Positions 1-11,003 are shown, numbered from the stretch's first letter. The stretch: 64,000 nt of DNA from Candidatus Latescibacterota bacterium (GCA_965198115.1 OZ240241.1:6784001-6848000), one strand, 5' to 3'. Numbers and translations are program-made. The notes: generated by a model from the sequence alone, not told the origin.

Positions 1-240
1 GCGGTTGATCTTGATTCCGTGGATGCCCCCGACCTTTTGGAACACTTCCTTACCCTAGGAGGTGATGAAATCACCATAGGGGTCGAAAACCAGGACGGAT
101 GGAACGGGCTGCCGTGTCGCGATGTAGATCTGATCCTGCGTGTCTACGGCGATTCCGTTGATCACGCCGAATTCGGATCCGAACGATTCGCGACCCCAGT
201 CTTCGTCGACTTCGTATCTGGCGATCCCGATGTCCACCAT
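1..240 (-). pseudogene. NHL-repeat beta-propeller protein, N-terminal part, interrupted by TAG at 55-57; runs off the window
   Basis: GIAVDTQDQIYIATR..VLVFDPYGDFITS*GKEVFQKVGGIHGIKIN reads through in frame; the stop sits where NHL repeats usually have Trp (TGG>TAG). Confidence 0.7.
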
Positions 241-320
241 CGCAAAGAGTCCTTATCATGGGTGACCGGAGTGATCCAAAATCCCAACGATCCACGAAAG
301 AACGACACTGAGGTGAAGAA

Positions 321-1301
321 ATGAAACTGGCTATTTCTGGTGGGATGGACGATGAAACTCTGACTTTCGGACGTCAACTCGGCGCGACGGATGTGGTCGG
401 AGGGGCCCACGAACTACCGAAGGATCGAGGCTACTTCGATTTCCACGATTTGATGTTGCAACGGCAGAAGATCGAGGACGCGGGATTGCGCTGGGCTGCT
501 CTGGAGGGCGTGCCCGCGGAGTGGTTCGACAAGATCAAGTTGGGATTGCCTGGGAGGGACGAGCAGATAGAGAACTGGTGCAAAAGCCTGCGGAATATGG
601 GTGCCGCAGGTATTCCCGTGCTGGGCTACTTCTTTTCGCTGAGGTCCAGGCCCGGCAATCTCGGACTCAGGACATCAAAAAGCACACTCGGTCGTGGCGG
701 AGCCGTTGTGACGAGTTTCGACTACGAACTGATCAAGGGTGCGAAAGGGGACTATTGGGATCCACCCGTCACGCACGCGGATGAGATCACGGACGAAGAG
801 ATCTGGGCGAATCACGAATACTTTCTGAAGGCGGTGATTCCGGTCGCGGAGGAGGCGGGGGTCAAGATGGGTTTGCATCCGGACGATCCACCGATTTCCC
901 CGATCGCGGGTGTAGCTCGCGTGTTTAGGAGCCACGAGGCATTGCAGCGCCATATCGAGACCGTGCCGAGCGACTACAATGGACTCGGGTTTTGCCACGG
1001 CACGATTTCGGAAATGGAAGGTGACGTCAAAGATGCGATTAAGTACTTCGGCGAGCGGAAGAAAATCTACTATGTGCACTTCCGGAGCGTGTCCGGAAGG
1101 GTACCCGCCTTTTCGGAGACGTTTATCGATGAGGGCCACGCAGACGTGCGCGAGTCGATGAAGGTCTTCAAGGGGGTGGGTTTCGACGGGGCGATGATCG
1201 ACGATCACGTACCGAAACTTGTCGTGGATACGGAGAAATCACACGCGGCGCACGCCTACGCACTGGGCTACATGAAATCGTTGTTAGATGCGGTGAGATA
1301 G
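321..1301 (+). CDS. uxuA: Mannonate dehydratase (UxuA)-family protein
   Basis: KIKLGLPGRDEQIE, IPVAEEAGVKMGLHPDDPP, YVHFR, FIDEG, DHVP motifs; GAGG RBS upstream. Confidence 0.85.
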   Translation: MKLAISGGMDDETLTFGRQLGATDVVGGAHELPKDRGYFDFHDLMLQRQKIEDAGLRWAALEGVPAEWFDKIKLGLPGRDEQIENWCKSLRNMGAAGIPVLGYFFSLRSRPGNLGLRTSKSTLGRGGAVVTSFDYELIKGAKGDYWDPPVTHADEITDEEIWANHEYFLKAVIPVAEEAGVKMGLHPDDPPISPIAGVARVFRSHEALQRHIETVPSDYNGLGFCHGTISEMEGDVKDAIKYFGERKKIYYVHFRSVSGRVPAFSETFIDEGHADVRESMKVFKGVGFDGAMIDDHVPKLVVDTEKSHAAHAYALGYMKSLLDAVR

Positions 1302-1312
1302 AGAGATTGGTT

Positions 1313-2200
1313 ATGACGGACGCAGAACTAGCCGAGTACGAAGAGAACGGCGCGGTGACGATCGATGGGCCGCTCTCGGATGAGGAGCTTGACAGAGCGG
1401 AAGCAGCCTGGGATCGGATCAAGGCGAATGGGGAAAAGCCCTACGACGACCCGGACTACGTAGACGTCGTGCAGCATCCGTACTTCGAGGAGGTGGCGAA
1501 GAAGGTCCTGCGTGCGGAGTCGGTTCACCTGTGGTGGGGGCTGTCGCCTCACGAGCGGCCACCGTGGAACAAGCCGTTCGACAGCGCGCGAGATCAGTGG
1601 GGAAACGGATGCCACGTAGACATCCAGGCGACGTGGGAGGACTTTCAGGCTACGCCGCGCCGGATGTGAGCAGAGCTATGGTTTTGGGTGAACGAGGTTC
1701 CGCGTGATCGGGGGGCGATGCGCATTTTGCCTGGGAGTCACAAACCGATTATGAAACACTGGAGCCGAATCCTGACGCCGGACCACAAGAAGATGCTGCC
1801 GCGCGTTCACGGCATCCGTCCGGAGCCGAAGGAAGGGGCCGCAGCCTTTCCCGAGCACTTACCGGACCTGATCGATACGCCGTGGCTGCAGCAGGAGCCA
1901 GTTCCCTACGCCGCCAGGCGGGGTCAGGTTCTTGTGCTGTGCAGTGGGGGACTACACTCCGCTTGGCAGAATTGGGACACCGTGCCCCGAAAGGGGATGG
2001 GGACATCGTGGGCGGCGACGGGTGTAAACTGCGGACTGCCCAGGAACCAACGGGAAGATGTCATCGCCTACCACAAGGCACTGCGACCCAAGCTGCGTCC
2101 CGACCGTGCCCACATCGTGCCGGACCACTCGGACTGGGTCTTCGAGACGGACTACGAACCCAAGTGGCCGGAGATGTTTCTACCTACTCATTCAGCGTAG
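1313..2200 (+). pseudogene. PhyH-family Fe/2OG dioxygenase with in-frame TGA at 1667-1669
   Basis: ORFs 1307..1669 and 1688..2200 share a frame; YEENGAV start, HVD motif, GAMRILPGSH, LHSAW. Confidence 0.75.
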
Positions 2201-2226
2201 CAGATCCGTCCCCACCCGTCCCTGCC

Positions 2227-3093
2227 CTAATTCACGAGCTCCAACCGTTTGGGCAGCGAATCGTGAAACGCTGTAATACTTGGGAAATGGTTGCCCAGGG
2301 AGTGTCGTGAATGTTTGGGCTCCGGCACGCGATAGAATACGTGTGTGGTGCCTCGGGATCGTTCCGTCTTCCGAACCGATCCACAGTGATAGCTCGCCTG
2401 GTTGAACACGAGCGCCGAACCGGCTGGCGCGTGAACATCCACCCGCCCGATCAGCCTGGGGAAATCACGTCCAAATGCGTCCAGCCACGTCGGCTTCTCA
2501 GGATCGACATACGCGCCTCCGTCGTCGATCCGTAAGACGTCCTTGCCCCACGAATTGTCGGCGTCTCTCACCTTCGGAAACTGACGTTTGGTCTCGGCGC
2601 TTTCGGGGATGATGCTGCTGCAGTGGATGGCCGGGTCCGTGTCGTCCATGTTGTAGATGACCTGAATGCCCGGCGTGTAGTAATCATTGTCGTCCGCGCC
2701 CTCGACAATCCCTGAGTATTCACGATGCCAATTCCTCGACAGTGCGAGCGGGTCATCGCCGTCGATGTCCTCTGGTGGATCGGCGTGACAGGGTTCGCGC
2801 CGCATGAAACTCAGGTTGCAGAACTGGGCGTCTTCTCCGAGGATACGCTTTACGAGAGGTACGACGGACGGATGGTTGGGAATCCCGTCCAACGCGTCCG
2901 TCCTGTGCATAAGACCCGGAGCGCCACTGCCGACGGAGATAAAGCCCGGACGTGGACCTGGCTCCCACTCCTTCGGGTTCGCGGCTTGGTCAGCAGCGAT
3001 CCCATCGTTCACCCTGTCGACTTCATCGGGCGACAGCGCGCGCTCGATGATCACAAACCCGTTCTCCTTGAAGTGCCTCAGCAAGTCTTCCAT
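2227..3093 (-). CDS. PhyH-family Fe/2OG dioxygenase (HxE variant)
   Basis: FKENGFVIIERALS start, WHRE, PAGSALVFNQASYHCG. Confidence 0.8.
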   Translation of the reverse strand: MEDLLRHFKENGFVIIERALSPDEVDRVNDGIAADQAANPKEWEPGPRPGFISVGSGAPGLMHRTDALDGIPNHPSVVPLVKRILGEDAQFCNLSFMRREPCHADPPEDIDGDDPLALSRNWHREYSGIVEGADDNDYYTPGIQVIYNMDDTDPAIHCSSIIPESAETKRQFPKVRDADNSWGKDVLRIDDGGAYVDPEKPTWLDAFGRDFPRLIGRVDVHAPAGSALVFNQASYHCGSVRKTERSRGTTHVFYRVPEPKHSRHSLGNHFPSITAFHDSLPKRLELVN

Positions 3094-3129
3094 CGTGTCT
3101 TCCTCCTCGCGGCTATCGTTGACTCCGTG

Positions 3130-4227
3130 TTAGTTCGTATCGGTGTACTTGTGCAGCACCGCCTCGTCGATTTCGACGCCCAGCCCGGGACGGTCGGGGA
3201 TGGGCATCATACCGTCTTCCAATTCGAAGGGGATCCGTGACAGCTCGGTCCTCAGGCCGTTTTCCATGACGTCCAGCTCCAGGTAGAGCGGAAGCGTGTC
3301 CTCAGCGTCCGGATCGACGGGTATGGTGGCCATCCACTGGAGCGTCGCAGCGAGCCGGACGACAGCGCCGAAGTAGTGCGGCAGAATCGGGATCCGATTC
3401 GCCCAAGCAAGGGCCCAGACCCGACGGCACTCGGTAAACCCACCCGCGATGCTGATGTCGGGCTGGAGGATGTCCATGGCTTGGCGTTCGACAACCTCCT
3501 GGAACGACCTGACGCCGACGCGGCCCTCGGCTCCAGAGATTCGCATAGGCAGCGCCTCGCGCAGCCGGCAGTAGCCGTCCAGATCGTCCCTGGGTATGGG
3601 TTCCTCGTACCAGAGCGGGTCGAGGTCGGCGAGCCTCTTGCCCGCCTCGATCGCGGTCTCCACATCATCGTACCCTTGGTTGACGTCCGCCGCAAGGCCC
3701 ATATCATCACCCGCTCCCTTTCGCATGGCGGTGAGTATCTGTGGGTCGTAGTCCGGGCCGAACCCGATACGGGCCTTCAGCGCGCCGAAACCCAGATCGC
3801 GACAGCGACGGGCCTCCTCGGCCAGATCCTGGAAGTGATCCAGGCCCTCGCGCTGGAAGAATCCGCTGGCATAGGCGGGTACGCTCTTCCGCCGGGCGCC
3901 CCCCAACAGCTGGTAGACCGGCTTGTCGAGGGCCTTTCCCATCAGGTCCCACAGGGCGATCTCGATGGCGCACGCCTTGTTTCCCTCGCGACCGTTGTCG
4001 CTCAGGGTGTCGTAGACCAGCTCGTAGTCGAAGGGATTCGCGCCGATCACGTGATTGGCGATCGCTTCTTCCGAGGGTACGCCGCCCTCACCCCAACCAA
4101 TGAGCCCGCTATCGGTGCGGACCTCGACGAGGGTCGCGGGGCGTGCTCGCATCCAGAAGCGACAGTTCCGGTAAGGCCGCTGGACGGGGAAGGAAAGCTT
4201 GTGCGTGATGACTTCTGTGATCTTCAT
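3130..4227 (-). CDS. Mandelate racemase/muconate lactonizing enzyme family (enolase superfamily)
   Basis: EIALWDLMGKALDKPVYQLLGG, DVNQ, WYEEP, ILQPD, PGLGVEID. Confidence 0.9.
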   Translation of the reverse strand: MKITEVITHKLSFPVQRPYRNCRFWMRARPATLVEVRTDSGLIGWGEGGVPSEEAIANHVIGANPFDYELVYDTLSDNGREGNKACAIEIALWDLMGKALDKPVYQLLGGARRKSVPAYASGFFQREGLDHFQDLAEEARRCRDLGFGALKARIGFGPDYDPQILTAMRKGAGDDMGLAADVNQGYDDVETAIEAGKRLADLDPLWYEEPIPRDDLDGYCRLREALPMRISGAEGRVGVRSFQEVVERQAMDILQPDISIAGGFTECRRVWALAWANRIPILPHYFGAVVRLAATLQWMATIPVDPDAEDTLPLYLELDVMENGLRTELSRIPFELEDGMMPIPDRPGLGVEIDEAVLHKYTDTN

Positions 4228-4323
4228 CAGGATCCAGATTCTCCTGTGACACGTTATCTTCAAGGTAGGGAATTAACAGTGTGTGGATTCGCGGGGCAAG
4301 GGGCAGCGCAGGAAGTGAGGTGA

Positions 4324-4353
4324 CGTAGGGACGGTTCGCGAACCGTCCCTACG
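4324..4353. repeat. Perfect 30-bp palindrome, GTAG-type REP-like element
   Basis: CGTAGGGACGGTTCG/CGAACCGTCCCTACG in a divergent intergenic gap. Confidence 0.8.
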
Positions 4354-4376
4354 GATGTGGTGGCTATACCACCCGG

Positions 4377-5525
4377 ATGATTACGATGAATCTCTCAGAT
4401 CCCAGACTAACTGCCCTCTACAGACGCTGCGTCGATCGGTGCCTTCCGTTCTGGTACGACCACGGCGTGGACTACGAGCTGGGTGGGTTCTTTGGCGACG
4501 TGCAGGACGACGGGTCGTTGGGCAGCGACGCCAAGGGCGGATGGTATCAGGGGTTCGGGATCTGGCTGTTCGCCTACTACCACAACAATTGGCCGGAGCG
4601 GGAGCGCTACCTGGAAGCAGCCAGACGTGGGTGGCACTTCATGCGGGACCACGGTCGGGATGCGGACGGATACTGGGCGATGAACCTCTCACGAGACGGC
4701 GAGATTCTGGAAGGTGCGACGAGCGTCCTGACCGATGCCTACCTCGCACACGGGCTGGTCGAGCTCTACAAGGCGGATCCCGGTGAGGGCTATCTCGAAA
4801 TCGCCCGCGAAATGCTTGTGCAGGTGAGGGAGCGAATCCTTCGACCCGACTTCTGTCTTTCAGCACCCTCCTACACGGAACCACACAGTCTGAATGGTGG
4901 GTGGTGTACTGTGCTTCTTCCGGTCTCGGACTTTCTGCGTGTGTCTCCGGATGACGCCGAGATGAGCGAGATGGAGGATCTGTGTCTAGACGCCATTCTC
5001 GAGAAGCATTTCGACCCGAAGACAGGCCTGATCATCGAGGCGGTTGCGCCGGACGGGACACCCTACACCGGAAGACAACGCAACCTCGTAAAGCCGGGCG
5101 CGGCAGCCGAGTCGTGTACGGCGGTGATGATGGCAGCGGACAGGAGAGACGATCGAGGCCTGAGGAGACGGGCGGCGGAGATCGTGCGCGCACACTTTGA
5201 AGCGGCTTGGGATCCGGAATCCGGCGGGATCTTCTACGAGATTGATCTGGAGGGGAATCCCACTGACGATCGGAAGGCCGCGTGGGCCCAGGCCGAATTC
5301 ATGCGCGGGATTATGACGGCCAGCGTGTCGGAGTCCGACGGGTGGATCAGCGAAGCCTACGAGCGGGTCCACAGCTGGGCGTTCGAGACCTACGCCGATG
5401 GATCAGATGATCTGTGGCGACTCTCCGTGACCAGGGACCTGACGCCCCTGTTCGACCGGAAGCTCGACATGGTGCACCATCCAAGGATGCTGCTGGCGAT
5501 TTTTCGGATTCTGGAAACGACATAA
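4377..5525 (+). CDS. AGE-family (N-acylglucosamine 2-epimerase-like) epimerase/isomerase
   Basis: LPFWYDHGVD..GGFF, WYQGFGIWLF, AWDPESGGIFY, WAQAE, HHPR. Confidence 0.85.
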   Translation: MITMNLSDPRLTALYRRCVDRCLPFWYDHGVDYELGGFFGDVQDDGSLGSDAKGGWYQGFGIWLFAYYHNNWPERERYLEAARRGWHFMRDHGRDADGYWAMNLSRDGEILEGATSVLTDAYLAHGLVELYKADPGEGYLEIAREMLVQVRERILRPDFCLSAPSYTEPHSLNGGWCTVLLPVSDFLRVSPDDAEMSEMEDLCLDAILEKHFDPKTGLIIEAVAPDGTPYTGRQRNLVKPGAAAESCTAVMMAADRRDDRGLRRRAAEIVRAHFEAAWDPESGGIFYEIDLEGNPTDDRKAAWAQAEFMRGIMTASVSESDGWISEAYERVHSWAFETYADGSDDLWRLSVTRDLTPLFDRKLDMVHHPRMLLAIFRILETT

Positions 5526-5539
5526 GGGAGGGGCGATCG

Positions 5540-6974
5540 ATGCAGACGTATACAATCTCGCGCGATGACCGCTACCACGAGGCGTGGCGCAGCTTCGACA
5601 ATGGGCTCACCTGGACCGGTCCGGAGCGGACCGGGTGCCTCACGACCAGCCTGAATGTTCGGCAGATCAGCGATGGGACCCTCTTCCTTTCGGGGACCCA
5701 TTTTCACTGTGAGGGATTGAACGAAGATCAGGTCCTTTACCAGTCTGTGGACAACGGTCACACGTGGTCGGACGCGATTCCGGTGATCGAACAGTTCGGG
5801 GCGATCACGGGCGAGGGCGATCTGGTCGAGATGCCGAGTGGTGAGTTGGTCGCTTACGTACGGAGTGATGACAACCCGTCAGGTGTAGGCCTAAAGTCGA
5901 TTTCGACGGATGGAGGGCTGACCTGGGACGGACCCTATGCAGCCGGCTACTGGCCGACGAGCGGCCGTATCAACGCGGGTCTCCTGTCGACTGGAGAGGT
6001 AATGGTGACGCACCGCGTCGGGGGGTTTCATCCTCAGGCGTGGTTCGGCTACTTCATCGAAGAGCCGGAGATGGCGCTGGAACGAATCCCGAACGATCCG
6101 GAAGCCAGGCTGAATCCACCGGCCAGCGTCTGGGGCATGATCGACAACGACACGAGCCTGTACGCCGATCACGGATATGGCGATTGGGTCGAGTTGCCGA
6201 ACGGAGATGTCTATGTCGTGAACTATATCGTCGACGATGCACCCGAGGACCGGCCACAGATCCGAGGCTATCGCCTCACGCGAGACGATCTGGCCCGTAA
6301 GCAGGAGCGCAAGTTGCTGATCGACTTCGGTGCACCCGCCTACAAGCGTGGCAAACTCGCTGGCCAGGCAGGGTGGGTGCAGCAGCGCCCGGAGCTATGG
6401 GGCACGACGGAATGGCTCGAGGATCCGGGAGCTGGCTATCTAGGCAATTACGTCGTCGTGGATCAGACGCAGGGGAACGGCTCAGGTGACTTCTTGATTA
6501 CGGGTTCGCGAAACCGGGGTGGAAATGAAGAGGTCGTTCGACGAGATGTCGGTCCCTACGATCTCTTGCGAGAGGATGTAGAGGTGACGTTGACTCACAG
6601 AGGGAGGCAGCGTGTCGCGCTCGTCCGCCTGGCGGATGAGCGGTCCAACACGATTGTCGAGCTTCGTAGCGACCACGTTTACGATCACCTGTGGGCACGG
6701 GATCAACGAAGCTTCTTCTATCACTCAGGAATCGAGGCGGGAGACACCTGGTGGGAAAACCCGGTTCCTATTGAAAGGCGATCGCGTGGAAGTTTCGACG
6801 GCAGCCGTAGGTGACGTCGCGGACGGCCCGTGGGCGGTCATCGAGCCGGACGACCGTTACGAGCGCTCGACGACGCTCTGTGCGGTAGTCGCTGCCCTTG
6901 GTGACGAGGGCGGATTCTATATCGATCGATTGACCGCTAGAGTCGTGCGCTCGAAAACCGAGTCGGATACCTGA
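5540..6974 (+). pseudogene. BNR/Asp-box sialidase-like protein with C-terminal extra domain; frameshift near 6755 and probable internal deletion near 5587
   Basis: Asp boxes SFDNGLTW, SVDNGHTW, STDGGLTW; D-HGYGDW near the propeller end; the C-terminus continues in ORF 6612..6974. Confidence 0.7.
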
Positions 6975-6987
6975 GCAGGGGAACGCG

Positions 6988-8001
6988 TCAGGCCGCGTCG
7001 ATGGCTTGCATCGCGGCGTGAATGTAACCGTAGGAATAGGCGTATCCGACCTCTCGTGGTGCGGGCCCCGAGAGTCCCGGCACGTGATCGGGCATGATCA
7101 TGTACTCGTAGCCGACTTCTTTGTAGACCCGTAGCGCCTTGATCATGTCGATGTCTCCCTCATCGGGAAAGACCTCCACGAAATCGTTGAGCCTGCCCTT
7201 GATGTTTCGAAAGTGCACGTTGAAGATCTTCTTTCGCTCCCCGAAATAACGGATGACGTCGAAGATGTCTTCAGCAGGATTCTCGAGCGCCTCCGACATG
7301 CAGCCCTGGCAGAAGTTCAGTCCGTTGTAGTCGCTCGGGACGAGATCGATCAGTTTCTCGAAGCCTTCTGCCATGCCAAGGGGACGTCCAACCCCGCGAT
7401 AGGTCTTGCCGAGGCCGATGCCCGGGTCCTGTGGATGGCAGGCCAGCTGGACCTCGTACTCCTCGGCGACGGGGATGACGCGCTGTAGGAAATATTCGAT
7501 GCGTTCCCAGAGCGTGTCGTCGTCCGCCACACCTCCTTCATAGTCGCCCCTTGACTGGTCGAGTTTCTCGTATTGAAACGTCGAGACGGATGCGCCCCCG
7601 CGGCCCGTGGTCGGCTCCGTTCGCATGTGTCCCTGGACGCTGATGTTGTAGTTCATCGACCGGATACCGCCTTGACCCGCTAGGCGGATGCAGTCGCAGA
7701 TGCCGTCGAGGGCACGCTCGCGCTCGTCGCTCGGGCCGAGCCAGATGGCCCCCGCATAGTTGTCATTGGACGGCCTGTCGAGGTTTCGGAGGAAGGCGGG
7801 TCGTCCGCGTAACGGCAGCCAGAGCATTTCGAGTCGAACATCGCACTTGCCGTAGTATTCGTGGAGCTGGCCGATGATGTCTGGCGACCACTCTGTCCAC
7901 GGCGTTTCCTGAGCCGCCAGCCCGTGACCGACGCCTACCACGCCGAGTTGAGCCAGGACCTGGGGGTCGGTGTCTGCGTTCGCCTTCGTTCCCAAATACA
8001 T
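6988..8001 (-). CDS. uxuA: Second mannonate dehydratase (UxuA)-family protein
   Basis: IPVAEEYEVQLACHPQDP, GLNFCQG, NVHFRN, FPDEG, MPDHVP; start placed at MYLGT. Confidence 0.85.
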   Translation of the reverse strand: MYLGTKANADTDPQVLAQLGVVGVGHGLAAQETPWTEWSPDIIGQLHEYYGKCDVRLEMLWLPLRGRPAFLRNLDRPSNDNYAGAIWLGPSDERERALDGICDCIRLAGQGGIRSMNYNISVQGHMRTEPTTGRGGASVSTFQYEKLDQSRGDYEGGVADDDTLWERIEYFLQRVIPVAEEYEVQLACHPQDPGIGLGKTYRGVGRPLGMAEGFEKLIDLVPSDYNGLNFCQGCMSEALENPAEDIFDVIRYFGERKKIFNVHFRNIKGRLNDFVEVFPDEGDIDMIKALRVYKEVGYEYMIMPDHVPGLSGPAPREVGYAYSYGYIHAAMQAIDAA

Positions 8002-8240
8002 TTCAATCTCCGTCGTCTTAAGGGGTCGATGATTCGCCAGTCCGTCTCTCACCCAATCAGCAAACGAGCAGGTCGGTGTTAAACAAAGTGATGAATACGA
8101 CGGAAAGACGAAAGGACTAACGATGATAGCCATGCTGTTGGCAGACCCTGGTCACCTGAATATCATGACCACCTGAGATACTGGGAAACGCGGCTATCCA
8201 GACGGCATTTTTGAACAGACCAGACAAGATGGGACGGCAT

Positions 8241-10099
8241 ATGGCACACTCGGCTTGGGAGATCGTTGAAGAGGATGTTTTTGTACTGAGGGACAGTTGC
8301 CTGGTGTATGCGGTTCGGGGGCCGGAGGGGACCGTACTGGTGAACGCGGGTACGGGGTCGGCAGCCGAACAATTGGGAGCAGTGGCCGGGAGTGGGGATG
8401 TGACGGTGCTGTTGACACACCACTTTCGAGATCATACAGACGGCGCGATTCGTTTGGCCGGGGCCGGGGCGACCGTGCTTGGGCCCTATTGGGAGAAGGA
8501 CTATCTGATTGACCCGGAACAGCACTTCCGGGAGCGTCAGATCTGGAATTCGTACGACAATCGATGGGACCGGTTTTCGCCGGTTCGGCCCTGCCGATGG
8601 CGGACTGGATGATGGATTATGAGACGCGGTCGATCGCCGGGCTGAACTGGGAGGTTGTGCCGACGCCCGGGGCAACGCAGGGAGCCGTGTCGTATGTGGT
8701 GACGGTGAATGAACGACGGCTGGCTTTTGTGGGAGAGACGGTTTGTGGAAAGGGACGGACGGGGCGGTTGGCGACGTTGCAGTACAATTACAACGATTTT
8801 ACGGGAGCGGTGAATCTGTGGCGGTCGGCCGGCCGGATTCTGAACGCAGAACCGGATCGGTTGTTGCCGAGCCTGGGGGTAGCGTCGGACGATCCAGCCG
8901 GTGCCATAGCGGCGCTGAAGGAGAATCTGAGCCGGCTGGACGAGATCCAGCTAGGGCTTCGTGACGAGTTGTGGGAGCCCGATGAGGACGATGTCGAAGA
9001 GGTGCTTCCCCATCTGTTTCGATCCAAGTACGCCAACGCGCAGACACATTTCGTGATTTCGGAATCGGGTAAGGTGCTGTCGATCGACTATGGTTACAAC
9101 ACGTCTGCGTATGCGTCTCCGGGAAAACAGCATCTCTCGAATCGACGGCCGTTCTTGCACGGGATGGGAGGGCTGAAAAGACGATTCGGCGTAGACCGGA
9201 TCGACACGGTGCTGGTGAGCCACTTTCACGACGATCACGTGAACGGGATCCCCATGTTACAGAGGGTGTTTGGGTCGGAGGTCTGGGCGGGAGAGAATTT
9301 TGCGGATCTGTTGGAGGACCCACCGCGGTATGACCGGCCGTGTCTGTGGCACGAGCCGGCGCGGGTACAGCGTCGACTACCGCTTGGGGCACCGTTTGAG
9401 TGGGAGGGGATTCCGATCACGCTGAATCCGATGTCCGGACACACGCGGTTTTCGACCTTGATCTGCATGGAGGTGGACGGGATACGGGTGGCCCATACGG
9501 GAGATCAAATTTTCTTCCGGGAAACGGATGCGGCCTACGCTCCCGATGCGCGGCCGTTTACGAACCACGTCTATAAAAACGGATTGGATATCGGGTGCTA
9601 TCGAGAGACCGTAGGCTATTTGAAGTCGTTCAAGCCAGAGCTGGTCTTGACGGGACATACGCTGCCCTACCGGCCGGATGAGGCGTGGTACGGGATGATC
9701 GAAAAGGTCGCGGAGGCATTTGACGAGGTGCACTTGAATCTGATGGCCTTGGGAGAAGAGGATGTACATTTCGGAGCGGAGTCCCAGGGGGGGAAGTTGA
9801 AGCCCTATCAGGCTCATGCGCCCAAAGGGGGGACCTTGCGGTTCGAGGGTTGGATTCTGAATCCATTCCCGTCGGCGGAACAGGCGCGCATGGCCCTCGT
9901 CGGACCGGATGGGTGGGGGGGTGAGGAAGCAGTGATCGATCTTGAACCGCGAGAACAGGCGGAGATTCAGATTGGGATCACGCCACCGGAAGGCACGGTG
10001 TGTCGACGACAACCGGTGGGGCTGGATTTGACGGTGGGAGATCGACCGTTCGGGCAGGTGGCGGAGGCGCTGGTGACGGTAGGGTGTCCGATGTTTTGA
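8241..10099 (+). pseudogene. Tandem metallo-beta-lactamase-fold hydrolase, frameshifted near 8590
   Basis: First domain THHFRDH, second domain SHFHDDH..GHT..TGD..GH; one C missing in cggccctg splits the ORF. Confidence 0.75.
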
Positions 10100-10196
10100 G
10101 GCGATGCGTTGATTGTGGATAGGTGCAAAGGTCTCATACGGGTATGCGAAAATCTGGAGCTGGATCGTGTCGTCGAGCAAGATGTCATTGTTGTTT

Positions 10197-11003
10197 CTAT
10201 CCGTAAGCACCTTTCGGATGCTTGCCGAACACCCGAAGCGTGCGCTCGTCGGCGCCTTCTAGCACGTGGTCGGGCACACGATAGTTGAGGAAGGGGTAGA
10301 ACCGCTGGGCGATGCGGCGATCGCCGTAGGCGAACTGATAGAGACAACGGCGCCGGTCGGATCTGTTCGGCGCGCCACGGTGCCAGAGTTGGCTGTGCTG
10401 GAGATACAGATCGCCGGCCTCGCAGAGAATGGATTCCGGACCGTGGCCGTCGAATGTTGGTTTTTCTTGCGAATTCGGTTCGTGGCCCGCGTAGTGGCTG
10501 CACGATACGATCTGCGTCGGTCCGTACTCGATCGAAGGCACGTCCGTCAGCATCATCTGGAAATTGACGATGAAGTTCGGGATCCGGATTCTCGGGTCGT
10601 GACGAGGAATGTCGTCCGGCAGCGGGAAGTAGAGGCCGTCGTCCACGTGCCAGCTGGTGATGGCGTCACCGGGCGCGTTGTAGACCGCGCCGTCGGCGAT
10701 GAGGTGACAGTTCTGTCCCACGATCGCTTCTCCGAGACTGATCATGGGCTCGCGTACGACCATGTCGCCGAAGATTCGTTCTCGTTCGAACAGGCGAACG
10801 AAAGACCAACCGTTGTTGGTATGGTGCTTCAGTTTCGACGTGGGATCGCGACGCATGCGCTCGATGCCTTCGAGCAGCTCGGACACTTCGCCCTGCGTCA
10901 ACACGCCTGGCAGATGAACCCACCCTAGGCGGTTGAATTCTTCGACGATGGCGGCAATCTCTGCATCGGCCAGAGTATGGTCTCCTTGGGCGTTGTCAGC
11001 CAT
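10197..11003 (-). CDS. PhyH-family Fe/2OG dioxygenase
   Basis: WHVD, GPTQIV..SH, AGDLYL..LWHRG..N. Confidence 0.85.
   Translation of the reverse strand: MADNAQGDHTLADAEIAAIVEEFNRLGWVHLPGVLTQGEVSELLEGIERMRRDPTSKLKHHTNNGWSFVRLFERERIFGDMVVREPMISLGEAIVGQNCHLIADGAVYNAPGDAITSWHVDDGLYFPLPDDIPRHDPRIRIPNFIVNFQMMLTDVPSIEYGPTQIVSCSHYAGHEPNSQEKPTFDGHGPESILCEAGDLYLQHSQLWHRGAPNRSDRRRCLYQFAYGDRRIAQRFYPFLNYRVPDHVLEGADERTLRVFGKHPKGAYG

Noticed and set aside
1667-1669. In-frame TGA as selenocysteine
   Set aside because: No evident SECIS-like hairpin just downstream, the position is not a known redox Cys site in PhyH enzymes, and CGA>TGA explains it simply.
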